Assembly: GCA_039975755.1 (NCBI GenBank)
Contig: JBDWGM010000004.1
Location: 19,444-83,443 of the forward strand
Direction of reading: 5' to 3'
DNA from: Paracoccaceae bacterium
Lineage (GTDB): Bacteria > Pseudomonadota > Alphaproteobacteria > Rhodobacterales > Rhodobacteraceae
DNA length: 64,000 nucleotides
Each line of letters starts with the position of its first letter. Position 1 is the first letter of the stretch. The notes beneath the pieces are model-generated. The model had not been told where the DNA came from. It made no database searches and saw nothing but the letters and a program-made list of their open reading frames with translations. The position numbers and the translations under genes are program-made. Shown piece after piece: positions 48,271-56,796 of the stretch.

Positions 48271-49380
48271 CTACATTGGTTCAATGGGCACCAGCTCTTT
48301 GCCATTCTTTTGGTGTCTTGCCAAAAGCTTGTTTACCAATGCCTGTTTCCGAACCGTGGGTCGCGCCGAACGTCCAGCTTGTTCCGTACCTTCTAGTTCG
48401 GGAAAAATCTCGAAAATTTCTTGACGCGCTTTATCAGTAATTGCCCGAAGTGCATTAGGCCCGGTTAAGAGACTCTCGGCAGGCGCTCCATTTGCAAAGA
48501 TGACCTGATGCTTTTCTAACAATATGTGTACGTAGCAAACCGGAGCAAACGAGATCTCTTGCTCGATGCCGACTGCTCCAACCAATTTGATTGCAGGGAT
48601 GAAGATTTCCCGTTGGCCGAACATGCGTTCCGCGATTTTGGAAACGGCGAGAAGGCGATGTTGAGGCGACACCAGAAGGTCGGTCTGTGGAACGCCCTCC
48701 CCCAATGCTCCTGCGCGAATGCGTACGGGTCGTAGATGAGGTGAGGCAACAAGTTGGGCGGTGGACAGGGTACGTTTGCCAATCCAAACAATCTTCTGTG
48801 CGCCATCTTGGGCAGTTATGACTTCGTCACCTATGGCCAAAGTTTCGATCTCTTGCTCACCACTAGGCGTGAGAACCCGCGTCTTTTTGCAAAAACAAAC
48901 AACCGTGTTCGTTATGGTGTTATTGAAATTTGCCTGATTGTAACGGTTAGGGAACGTGTTATCGAATGTGCCAAGTGTGATCGACTCAATCTGATCAGAA
49001 GCTGAATTGATACGGTTCGCTGCTCCACCGTTTACCAAAATAGCCTGCGTTCCGTCGCTTAAGGAGATCAGCTCAAGTGTCGCGTTCGAAGTGGAGCCAT
49101 CGGCGTAGGTAATCGTCGAACCGGTAAAACGATCGTTATCTGTCTGTGTGGTTGAAGCTTCGTCAGAGAAATCACCATCATCGTCGATATCAACCACTAA
49201 GCTGTCGCCGACATTCATAGCGTTGTTGCCGCCCGCCAGAGTACCGTCTGTTTGTATATTGAAGACTTGTCCAAGGTCGCTTGCAGAAATCAGGGTGCCT
49301 TCGGCGGCGGCTCCTCCAACGCTTAGCGCTGTAGGAAGGTAAAATCCATTGCCGACCAATATCACAACAGAAAACCTCAA
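48271..49380 (-). CDS. Hint (Hedgehog/intein-like) domain protein with a roseobacter-type N-terminal module
   Basis: The C-terminal half (VVCFCKKTRVLTPSGEQEIETLAIGDEV...LLVSPQHRLL...HQVIFANGAPAESL) is a Hint_2-type domain. It has a TTG start straight after an in-frame TAG. Confidence 0.8.
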   Translation of the reverse strand: MRFSVVILVGNGFYLPTALSVGGAAAEGTLISASDLGQVFNIQTDGTLAGGNNAMNVGDSLVVDIDDDGDFSDEASTTQTDNDRFTGSTITYADGSTSNATLELISLSDGTQAILVNGGAANRINSASDQIESITLGTFDNTFPNRYNQANFNNTITNTVVCFCKKTRVLTPSGEQEIETLAIGDEVITAQDGAQKIVWIGKRTLSTAQLVASPHLRPVRIRAGALGEGVPQTDLLVSPQHRLLAVSKIAERMFGQREIFIPAIKLVGAVGIEQEISFAPVCYVHILLEKHQVIFANGAPAESLLTGPNALRAITDKARQEIFEIFPELEGTEQAGRSARPTVRKQALVNKLLARHQKNGKELVPIEPM

Positions 49381-49605
49381 CTATAAGTTGATTAAAGCTA
49401 TGTTAAAATTTTAGTTGTGTCAACGATGGTTCCATTTTGGGAAAATGCCGACTGATTAACTGGAAAAATTCGTGCTGCGTCGCATGTCCTTCACGATCAG
49501 CGCGCCCGCAATACCCGCGCTCTCGCCCCATTCGGGTTAGTGCTGCGCTCAATTTCAGGTAAGAGGTTCCAACAATGACGTCTACCACAGGAAGGATCAC
49601 CGGGT

Positions 49606-50133
49606 ATGGACTTGGTAGAAACAGCCAGACTTTACGCCCAAGCTGCACACCGTGCCGTGGGGCAAAAACGAAAGTACACCGGCGAGTGTTACACGGTACA
49701 CACCTTAGATGTCGCCGCGTTGGTTGCCAGCTTTGATGGTACTCCAGAAATGGTTGCAGCTGCGCATTTGCATGATGTTGTTGAGGACACGGCTATTGAA
49801 TTGGCGGATATCCGTGACGTTTTCGGTGAGGAAGTTGCTGATTTGGTTGACTGGCTTACGGATCGCTCAAAGCCGGAAGACGGCAATCGGGCTGTGCGCA
49901 AGGCCGTTGATCGCGACCGCTTGAGCACGGCTCCTGCTAAAGCGCAAACAATAAAATGCTGTGATCTCATCTCCAACACCACCTCAATTGTTGAGCACGA
50001 CCCAAGCTTTGCGAAAGTGTATCTAAGGGAGAAAGCTGAATTGCTTGACGTCATGACTTCGGCTGATCCGAGAGCAAGGGATGCGGCATTGCAGCAGGTG
50101 CCTACCCCAAAAGGGCAGCCCAATAACCGTTGA
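49606..50133 (+). CDS. HD-domain phosphohydrolase, RelA/SpoT-hydrolase-like (small alarmone hydrolase candidate)
   Basis: H..V(x)n AAHLHDVVEDT ... FGEEVADLVDWLTD matches the (p)ppGpp-hydrolase HD pattern. It is 175 aa and has no synthetase domain. Confidence 0.7.
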   Translation: MDLVETARLYAQAAHRAVGQKRKYTGECYTVHTLDVAALVASFDGTPEMVAAAHLHDVVEDTAIELADIRDVFGEEVADLVDWLTDRSKPEDGNRAVRKAVDRDRLSTAPAKAQTIKCCDLISNTTSIVEHDPSFAKVYLREKAELLDVMTSADPRARDAALQQVPTPKGQPNNR

Positions 50134-50285
50134 AATTGGGGTCACCGTAAGACGTCAGCTGCGCAAATCTATATCGGCGTCACCGCTCTTGATAGGTTCA
50201 AAAAGCGTGCGAAACTCGATAGAACACGAGATACCACAACCACACGGTGCCTTAACGGGCACACGATTTCGATTGGACCAACTGC

Positions 50286-50636
50286 ATGCAATTTGCACCC
50301 GGAACTCATGTACTGCTGGACCTGTACGCCGCGCAATTCTTGGATGATTTAAGCGTCGTTCGCGAAGCATTATTAACAGCAGCCAATGACGTTGGCGCGA
50401 CCGTGTTGGACCAAAAATTTCACGTCTTTGGTGAGGGTTCAGGCATTACCGGAATGGTGCTGTTAAAAGAGTCGCACATTTCTATCCACACTTGGCCCGA
50501 AACCGGCTTTGCTGCGGTAGATATTTTCTTGTGCAGTGGTTTTTCACCTGACCCGGCAATCGCGGTCATAGAGGCCGCTTTTCAGGCCTCGCACAGTGAA
50601 GTTTCAAAAATTCATCGCGGCCAAAAATCTGAATAG
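50286..50636 (+). CDS. speH: S-adenosylmethionine decarboxylase proenzyme (small pyruvoyl type)
   Basis: 116 aa. GMVLLKESHISIHTWPE contains the Glu-Ser self-cleavage site of class 1 AdoMetDC. Confidence 0.8.
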   Translation: MQFAPGTHVLLDLYAAQFLDDLSVVREALLTAANDVGATVLDQKFHVFGEGSGITGMVLLKESHISIHTWPETGFAAVDIFLCSGFSPDPAIAVIEAAFQASHSEVSKIHRGQKSE

Positions 50637-50661
50637 TTTCTTTAACCAAGGCCATCACGGG

Positions 50662-52203
50662 TCATTCAAACCAAGCATCCCAACCGTCCTGATAGTAATG
50701 AACGAGCGCATGAGATTGAATAGTATTCAGATCGGCGGGAACGCGAGCTGTGTCTGCTGCAAAAACCTGCGCCTGTTGCCAGATTTCTGGGGTAAGATAG
50801 CGCAATCCCTGCGGCCAAACCAAATCACGTTGGGCGGGTTCATAAGGCGACACAAGCACAAAGCCCCATTCCCCAAAGCTTGGCACATAAGCGCGATATG
50901 GACGCACATATAAAGCTTGCAAGGCGCTCATGGGGTTCCGCGTACCTTCCCATGTTTCAATGATCGACCAGAACGCCTGTCGCGCAAAGAAAGGTGAACC
51001 CGCTTGGGTCACGAGAACACCGCGCGGCGACAATCGTTCGATCAGAATCGCGTAGAATTCGGTCGAGTACAGCTTGGACAGCGACAAATTTTTGGGATCG
51101 GGAAGGTCAACAATGATAACATCAAAAGTCGCATCGGTTTCTTCGGCAAAATTCCAGGCATCTTGATTGATGATACTCACCCGTGGATCGGACAGGGCCT
51201 CATCATTCAGATGCTTTAGTTGGGCATGATCACGAAATAGCTCGGTGACACGTGGATCTAGGTCCACGAGCGTAACCTGCGACACATCCTCATATTTCAG
51301 CACTTCGCGCGCTGCCATGCCGTCACCGCCGCCAAGTATCAACACGTCCTCATTTCGCGAGGCTTGTGCAAGTGCGGGATGGACCAACATTTCATGATAG
51401 CGATACTCGTCCGCAGAATCGAATTGGATCGAATGATCGAGAAACAAGCGTGTGCGATCGCGAAACCGCGTAACGGCGATGTTTTGATAAGGCGTCGTTT
51501 CTGACAAAATCAGGTCATCTTGAAACAATGCGGCATCTGCCACAGACACCAGCCGTTCCGATTGCACCAGCCCAGCCATCATCAGAGCAAATGCACCTGC
51601 GCATACAAATTTGAGAGTGGAATTGATCCGATCCCGAAACATGGCAATGGATACACCCGCCACGATTAAGTTGAGACAACCAAACACTAAGCTTGCAGAC
51701 ATCAAGCCAAGGTGTGGCACTATGAAAAGCGGGAACGCCAACGACGCAATCAACGCGCCAAGATAGTCGACACTGAGCACGTTTTCGAACCGAAACCGCG
51801 TGGCTCCGATGTCTTTAAGAACGCGCGCAATCAACGGAATTTCCATGCCTGACAGCACGCCAACACCGCCCAGCATAAGGTAAAGAAGAAGTTGGACTTC
51901 TCCGGTCAATGCATAGGCTGCGTAAACGACGGGAGCCAGAGCACCGCCGACAACGCCCAATGCGACCTGCACCCGCACAAAGCCCTGCAAAGCATCGCCC
52001 GTGAATCGCGAAAGCCAGGCACCAACGCCCATAGTTGCCAAGAATACACCGATCACAAAACTGAATTGGCGCACAGAGTCACCAAGCAGGTAGCTCGATA
52101 ATGTCGCGGCGATCAGTTCGTAAATTAGGCTCGCAATCGCCACAAGCCAAGTCGCAAGCAGCAACCAAATAGCCTGCTTGCTCTGGGTCGTGTCAGATTT
52201 CAT
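50662..52203 (-). CDS. Membrane-fused polyamine aminopropyltransferase (spermidine-synthase-like)
   Basis: The N-terminal ~200 aa are multi-pass membrane helices. The C-terminal domain has the ILGGGDG, VDLDP and IIVDLPDP spermidine-synthase motifs. Confidence 0.8.
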   Translation of the reverse strand: MKSDTTQSKQAIWLLLATWLVAIASLIYELIAATLSSYLLGDSVRQFSFVIGVFLATMGVGAWLSRFTGDALQGFVRVQVALGVVGGALAPVVYAAYALTGEVQLLLYLMLGGVGVLSGMEIPLIARVLKDIGATRFRFENVLSVDYLGALIASLAFPLFIVPHLGLMSASLVFGCLNLIVAGVSIAMFRDRINSTLKFVCAGAFALMMAGLVQSERLVSVADAALFQDDLILSETTPYQNIAVTRFRDRTRLFLDHSIQFDSADEYRYHEMLVHPALAQASRNEDVLILGGGDGMAAREVLKYEDVSQVTLVDLDPRVTELFRDHAQLKHLNDEALSDPRVSIINQDAWNFAEETDATFDVIIVDLPDPKNLSLSKLYSTEFYAILIERLSPRGVLVTQAGSPFFARQAFWSIIETWEGTRNPMSALQALYVRPYRAYVPSFGEWGFVLVSPYEPAQRDLVWPQGLRYLTPEIWQQAQVFAADTARVPADLNTIQSHALVHYYQDGWDAWFE

Positions 52204-52427
52204 TAGGATAAAATGACGGCCGAGATGATTAACGACAATGAAATGAAGACAGAAGCAATCAAAATCGCCAGCGCTACGTTCTGATCTGTCTCAATCTCTT
52301 TGATGATGGGGAATGGAGAAAATGTACGGATCACCCACCAGCATAGGCATAAGATAAAGATCCCGATCAGTGAAAAAATGAGCGTCGAGAGTATCTCTGC
52401 TCCTGAAATTTCGGCAAAAAGTTCCAA
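52203..52427 (-). CDS. DUF350 (YjfL-like) small membrane protein
   Basis: 74 aa with two TM helices around a PIIKEIETDQNVA loop. TTG start with AGGAG 7 nt upstream. Its stop overlaps the next ATG (TAATG). Confidence 0.7.
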   Translation of the reverse strand: MELFAEISGAEILSTLIFSLIGIFILCLCWWVIRTFSPFPIIKEIETDQNVALAILIASVFISLSLIISAVILS

Positions 52428-52437
52428 CTTTAATCTC

Positions 52438-52593
52438 CTATTTCACGCGACCATTTATGCCGCCACCAACTCCGCCAATCCTTACAGATCGATCCAAGTC
52501 TCTGCTTTCCTGCCATACGCTGTTGATCGACAGGTAGTACCCGCCAGCCAACGCACACACTGCCAGAATAATGAATATTGCGCGCGCGATCAT
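52438..52593 (-). CDS. Unlisted 51-aa single-TM protein with a Gly-rich tail
   Basis: Hand translation: MIARAIFIILAVCALAGGYYLSINSVWQESRDLDRSVRIGGVGGGINGRVK*. The ATG abuts the upstream stop (TAGATG), and its own TAG overlaps the SD of the DUF350 gene. Confidence 0.5.
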   Translation of the reverse strand: MIARAIFIILAVCALAGGYYLSINSVWQESRDLDRSVRIGGVGGGINGRVK

Positions 52594-53883
52594 CTAGTCA
52601 TCGCTCCAATCGCTGTGGCGCATCCGTCGATATTGGTGAACCGTGGAGCGTGCGATGTGATAGATACCAAAGAGCGCAAAGACCAAAGCGATGAATTGCA
52701 ACCAACGGCCATTGGTCACGCCTTGTCGCAAGCGCAAGGTCACGTTACCAAGTGGGGCGCCCTGACGCCCCCATGTATCAGCCTCTAGCAAATCGACTTC
52801 GACCTGATAGGTGCCGGTCTTACGGGGTATAAAGCGCAGAGCTGAGGTCCGACGTCCTTCACTCCATGCGCCATCACTGTCGCGGCCGGAATAACGTTCC
52901 ACGGTGCGGCCAGCCTCGAAGACCGGTACATCTTCTGGATCGGTGACGTGTACTCCTAAATATGCCCAGCTGTTGTTCACATCAGCACCAACTTGGATGC
53001 GGGCAAGCCGATCCTTTTCTGTAATCTCAAAAGCGATTTCTTGCGGCAGTTCGCTTACATTGAACGTCCAGTTCTGGCCAGAACCACCACCCGGTGATCC
53101 AATGACGGTAACAGACATAACCAGCGCAATCACAGCGAATACAAATGATGAAATCGCAAAGAATCTTTGATGAGGTCCGGGCGAAAAGGGCTTTAGGACA
53201 TTGAAACCCGTGGACTTAGGTGGGTTCTGAACACCGAAGGATGCGTATACCTCTGCCGCTGACACATACTCTGTGCGCAAGACTTCTTCTTCAGTTGCCG
53301 ATTTACTGAAATCGAGCATCGCAGTTTCGCCCAACATTGAAACGCTTGTCGTTTCTGCACCAATCTCGGGGCGCCAATTGAACTCGCCTTCGACGAAACT
53401 AATCTCGGCCGTTGACGTTTCGAAATAGGAAAATGTTCCCTCAGAATTACGCACCGTTGGGCGTGTCTCTGCTGTTTCAACGCTTGTAGGCGCGATCCAA
53501 GCTGGTCGGGTATAGCCACGATAGCGGCGTGTAAAACTTAGGTTTCCGTCCTCAACCGTCAGATAAGCATAGCCATGAGTTGGTGAAAACAATTGATGTT
53601 CGACCCATGTCCAAACTCGTCCGCCCCATCGTTCTGTCATGCCGAGCTTGCCGATAACGGTAAAAGACACCGCATTGATTTCACCCGTCATCCCAATCGA
53701 AAAAGGAGTATTAGGGCGTTCAAGGTCCGAAAATTGACGAAGCACCGCAAAATTGTCTTGGGCATCCAGTTCGGAACCGCAATAGCCACATACCATGACT
53801 TGCACTCGGCCGCCGCCAAGAACATCCAAACCTGCACCACAAGAGTTACAGTTTATTGATTTGATATCAGAGTTTCGGGTCAA
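52594..53883 (-). CDS. Zinc-ribbon + DUF4178-like domain membrane protein
   Basis: CNSCGAG...CGYCGSEL ribbon, then a DUF4178-like block (FSIGMTGEINAVSFTVIGKL...WTWVEHQLF...YLTVEDG). There is a mid TM helix (FFAISSFVFAVIALVMSVTVIG) and a C-terminal TM helix. Confidence 0.65.
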   Translation of the reverse strand: MTRNSDIKSINCNSCGAGLDVLGGGRVQVMVCGYCGSELDAQDNFAVLRQFSDLERPNTPFSIGMTGEINAVSFTVIGKLGMTERWGGRVWTWVEHQLFSPTHGYAYLTVEDGNLSFTRRYRGYTRPAWIAPTSVETAETRPTVRNSEGTFSYFETSTAEISFVEGEFNWRPEIGAETTSVSMLGETAMLDFSKSATEEEVLRTEYVSAAEVYASFGVQNPPKSTGFNVLKPFSPGPHQRFFAISSFVFAVIALVMSVTVIGSPGGGSGQNWTFNVSELPQEIAFEITEKDRLARIQVGADVNNSWAYLGVHVTDPEDVPVFEAGRTVERYSGRDSDGAWSEGRRTSALRFIPRKTGTYQVEVDLLEADTWGRQGAPLGNVTLRLRQGVTNGRWLQFIALVFALFGIYHIARSTVHQYRRMRHSDWSDD

Positions 53884-54494
53884 GATCTGGTCTCTATCTT
53901 GAGGTTATACTGGTCAAGCCAGGCACCAGTATACCAATCTGGATCACCTGTGGAAAATTCCCCGGATAGCAGCGTATCATCGTCGCCCTGGCAGTTAATG
54001 AATTCATACTTAGAGCCAAGCTGAAGAGCCTCCGGAAACTCTCCCCGAAATGCGATGCATGTCGCGGTATCCTTTTCCGTTACTCTGTAATTTGTCTCGG
54101 GGGTGGTCAGGGAATCTCCCAGCTCTGGGGGCGTCTTGATGCTTGGCGCATCGTCGGGAGACAAAGGACGCTGAACGATCACGTCTCCCTCGTCGACCGA
54201 AATCCAAACTTCTTCGCCACGGTCCGTAACGGCAAAAAACTCATCCCACCAACCGATGCCGTAACTAAAACGCGCATGACCCATCACGTTATAGGTTTCT
54301 GCACCGAAACTCACGGTTTCACCGACCTGAAACAACAACGGAGCATCATGCATTTCGCCACTCGCCCCCGCGTCGCGCAAATGGCCTGAGTCAATATACA
54401 AGGTGGTCTGACACGACGCACAGGTGGTCATTTTGGCCGTGGCAAAGCGCGCGTCCTGGATATTTCCGCAATTTGGGCAATTTAGATCAGCCAT
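53880..54494 (-). CDS. Zinc-ribbon + DUF4178-like domain protein (soluble)
   Basis: CPNCGN...CASCQT ribbon, then FQVGETVSFGAETYNVMGHARFSYGIGWWDEFFAV...VWISVDEG. Its stop overlaps the next start by 4 nt. Confidence 0.65.
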   Translation of the reverse strand: MADLNCPNCGNIQDARFATAKMTTCASCQTTLYIDSGHLRDAGASGEMHDAPLLFQVGETVSFGAETYNVMGHARFSYGIGWWDEFFAVTDRGEEVWISVDEGDVIVQRPLSPDDAPSIKTPPELGDSLTTPETNYRVTEKDTATCIAFRGEFPEALQLGSKYEFINCQGDDDTLLSGEFSTGDPDWYTGAWLDQYNLKIETRS

Positions 54495-54769
54495 AAAGGA
54501 GGACTAAACCCCGCCGTGTTTCATGTCCACAATCAAGACGTTAGAACGACAATTTTGTACGTTTGTTCTAGCAGTTTAGAATACACCGCATGAAGATATT
54601 TGAAACGTCGATTGAGATCTGAACACCCGCATTCGAGCTGTTTCGGATTAGCGAAATGTTGGCTGAACGAGCTGTAGAGGGCTGACAGCATTGCTCATTT
54701 CGGTCAGACTTCGCCTAAACAATTTGTGTGTTTAAGCTTCTGCAATCGCAAAAGGTATGAGCAAGTAAA

Positions 54770-55216
54770 ATGCAAAACGAAGTTAGAATAGTTGACGCGT
54801 TCGGGGAAGTCTTAAAAATTCATAAGGTCTCGGAGGGAAAGGACCAGTTTGAAGGCGTCATATGGGAGGGTGTGTATCTTGCTTGTGCTCAACTTGAAAA
54901 GGCCAATTTCAAAGGAGCGGATTTGTATTGGGCCAGTTTCTTCCTTGCTCACCTGAATGGGGCCAACTTCCAAAATTCCAACCTTCAAGGTGCCGATCTA
55001 AAAGAAGCATCATGTGTCGGAGCAAACTTTCGCAGGGCCAACCTAGGTAGAGACAATCTTGGCGGCAGTTCGCAGTTGCAAGGTGCTGACTTGACCGGCG
55101 CCATTTTGAACCGCGCGCGCCTCGACGGGGCAGAATTTGACGAGCACACCAAGTTTCCAAAAGGATTTCATCCGCTATCGTACGGCATGGTCGAAAAAAC
55201 GTCATCGGAACGATGA
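54770..55216 (+). CDS. Pentapeptide-repeat protein
   Basis: Runs of A(D/N)LxG-type pentads (ANFKGADLYWASF..LNGANFQNSNLQGADLKEASCVGANFRRANL...LQGADLTGAIL). Confidence 0.85.
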   Translation: MQNEVRIVDAFGEVLKIHKVSEGKDQFEGVIWEGVYLACAQLEKANFKGADLYWASFFLAHLNGANFQNSNLQGADLKEASCVGANFRRANLGRDNLGGSSQLQGADLTGAILNRARLDGAEFDEHTKFPKGFHPLSYGMVEKTSSER

Positions 55217-55509
55217 ACCGATATCTCCGCAAAGCTAAACTACGCTGCCATAAATGAGGTCTCCGGGTTGCTATGCCCGTAACATTTCCACCTTGTTGCA
55301 ACATCTGTTTACTGTTCCGCTGCCTAGTTCCTGACCACGCCAGACCTCGTTCAACAACAAGGAACGAGGTTACATCGTGTGAGGCATAAAAACGTGTTGC
55401 GGATGGTGCCTTCATTGTGTTTGCAGATGGAGGGCGTTCAACCGGTGCTGGGCGCATTTGATTGCTGTTTTTGCGGATCATTAAAAAGCCAATCTGGGAT
55501 AAGACACAT

Positions 55510-56796
55510 ATGATCGACACCACCGCCTCAATTTCAAATACCACCCGCACCATAGTGGTGGGTGGTGGTATGGTGGGGATTGCGACGGCTATTTGGGCGG
55601 CTAGGTCGGGGCAAGCTGTTACATTGATCGACAAATCCACGCCCGAGGGCCGCGCCAGCTTTGGCAATGCGGGGGTTTTGGCCTCGTCATCTGTTTTGCC
55701 CGTAACGATGCCGGGCTTGACTGGAAAATTGCCAAAGATGTTGCTCGATACATCCGAACCGATCTTTGTGCGCTGGCCCTATCTGCCGCGAATGATCCCA
55801 TGGGCCTTGCGCTTTCTCTCCCATGCAAATGAGGCAGACACCCGCCGGATCGCCGCCGCGCTCGCACCGATCATTGGCAATAGTCTGGACGATCATCTGG
55901 CTTTGGCCGAAGGCACCCCTGCCCGTCCTTTCATCAAACCCTGCGATTTTGCTGTGCTCTTTCCGGACCGTGCAAGTTTTGCCAAAGATGGCTTGTCCTG
56001 GGACATTCGCAAACATCTGGGGTTCAGCTGGCAAGAGATCGAAGGCCAGGCGCGCAAGGACTACGACCCATTGTTCCCCAACCAATTTGATTTTATTGCC
56101 GCTTTGCCGGGCCATGGCCGTATCACCGACCCTGGCGCTTATTTAGAGGCGCTTCGCGATCATTTTGAAGCGTCCGGAGGGCAGATCATTGCAGGTGAGG
56201 TCACCGATATCGTCCACACAAACGGGCGCGTGAGCGGTGTCATGACAGATCAAGGCCTGATCGATGCGTCCTGCGTGGCGATTACAGCCGGGGCGTATTC
56301 GCCTTTGTTGACGCGAAAACTGGGCGTGCACATCCCGGTCGAGGCCGAAAGCGGGTATCATCTTGAGTTCTGGGAGCCCTCGCACATGCCGAAGGTGCCG
56401 ACCATTGTCCCCAGCAGCAAGTTCATCTTGTCACCCATGGAGGGGCGTTTGCGCGTGGCCGGAGGGGTCGAGTTTGGTGGCCTTGGTAACACAGGGCGCG
56501 AGGTTCCATTCGCTGCATTGAGGAAAGGGTTGGATAAGATCTTGCCCAACCTGAGTTACAGTCGCGAGACCCGTTGGATGGGCCATCGCCCGGCGCCCAC
56601 GGATTCCGTGCCGATCATCGATGAGCTGCCGCATATCAAGGGCGTGTTCTTGGGCTTTGGCCATCAGCACGTAGGTTTAACCGGCAGCGCCCGTACCGGG
56701 CAGCTTTTGGCAAATTTGATGCAAGGCCTGAAGCCAAATATCGACCTGTCGCCATACGCCGTTACGCGCTTCTACCGGTCAGCTCGTCGGGCGTAA
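55510..56796 (+). CDS. FAD-dependent oxidoreductase (D-amino-acid-dehydrogenase-like)
   Basis: The IVVGGGMVGIATAIW dinucleotide-binding motif follows the ATG at 55510. Length and the C-terminal GFGHQHVGLT block fit the DadA/DAO family. Confidence 0.8.
   Translation: MIDTTASISNTTRTIVVGGGMVGIATAIWAARSGQAVTLIDKSTPEGRASFGNAGVLASSSVLPVTMPGLTGKLPKMLLDTSEPIFVRWPYLPRMIPWALRFLSHANEADTRRIAAALAPIIGNSLDDHLALAEGTPARPFIKPCDFAVLFPDRASFAKDGLSWDIRKHLGFSWQEIEGQARKDYDPLFPNQFDFIAALPGHGRITDPGAYLEALRDHFEASGGQIIAGEVTDIVHTNGRVSGVMTDQGLIDASCVAITAGAYSPLLTRKLGVHIPVEAESGYHLEFWEPSHMPKVPTIVPSSKFILSPMEGRLRVAGGVEFGGLGNTGREVPFAALRKGLDKILPNLSYSRETRWMGHRPAPTDSVPIIDELPHIKGVFLGFGHQHVGLTGSARTGQLLANLMQGLKPNIDLSPYAVTRFYRSARRA

Noticed and set aside
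54536-54570. Inverted TAGAAC...GTTCTA arms that briefly looked like an alphaproteobacterial SOS (GTTC/GAAC) box upstream of the DUF4178 operon
   Set aside because: The spacing (17 nt) and orientation do not match the GTTC-N7-GTTC direct-repeat LexA box. A 6-bp inverted repeat at this distance is likely chance.
54909-55667. 252-aa minus-strand ORF spanning the pentapeptide gene 3' end and the oxidoreductase 5' end
   Set aside because: It overlaps two well-supported plus-strand genes and the intergenic region. Its composition is Arg/Pro/Ser-rich and it has no motif.
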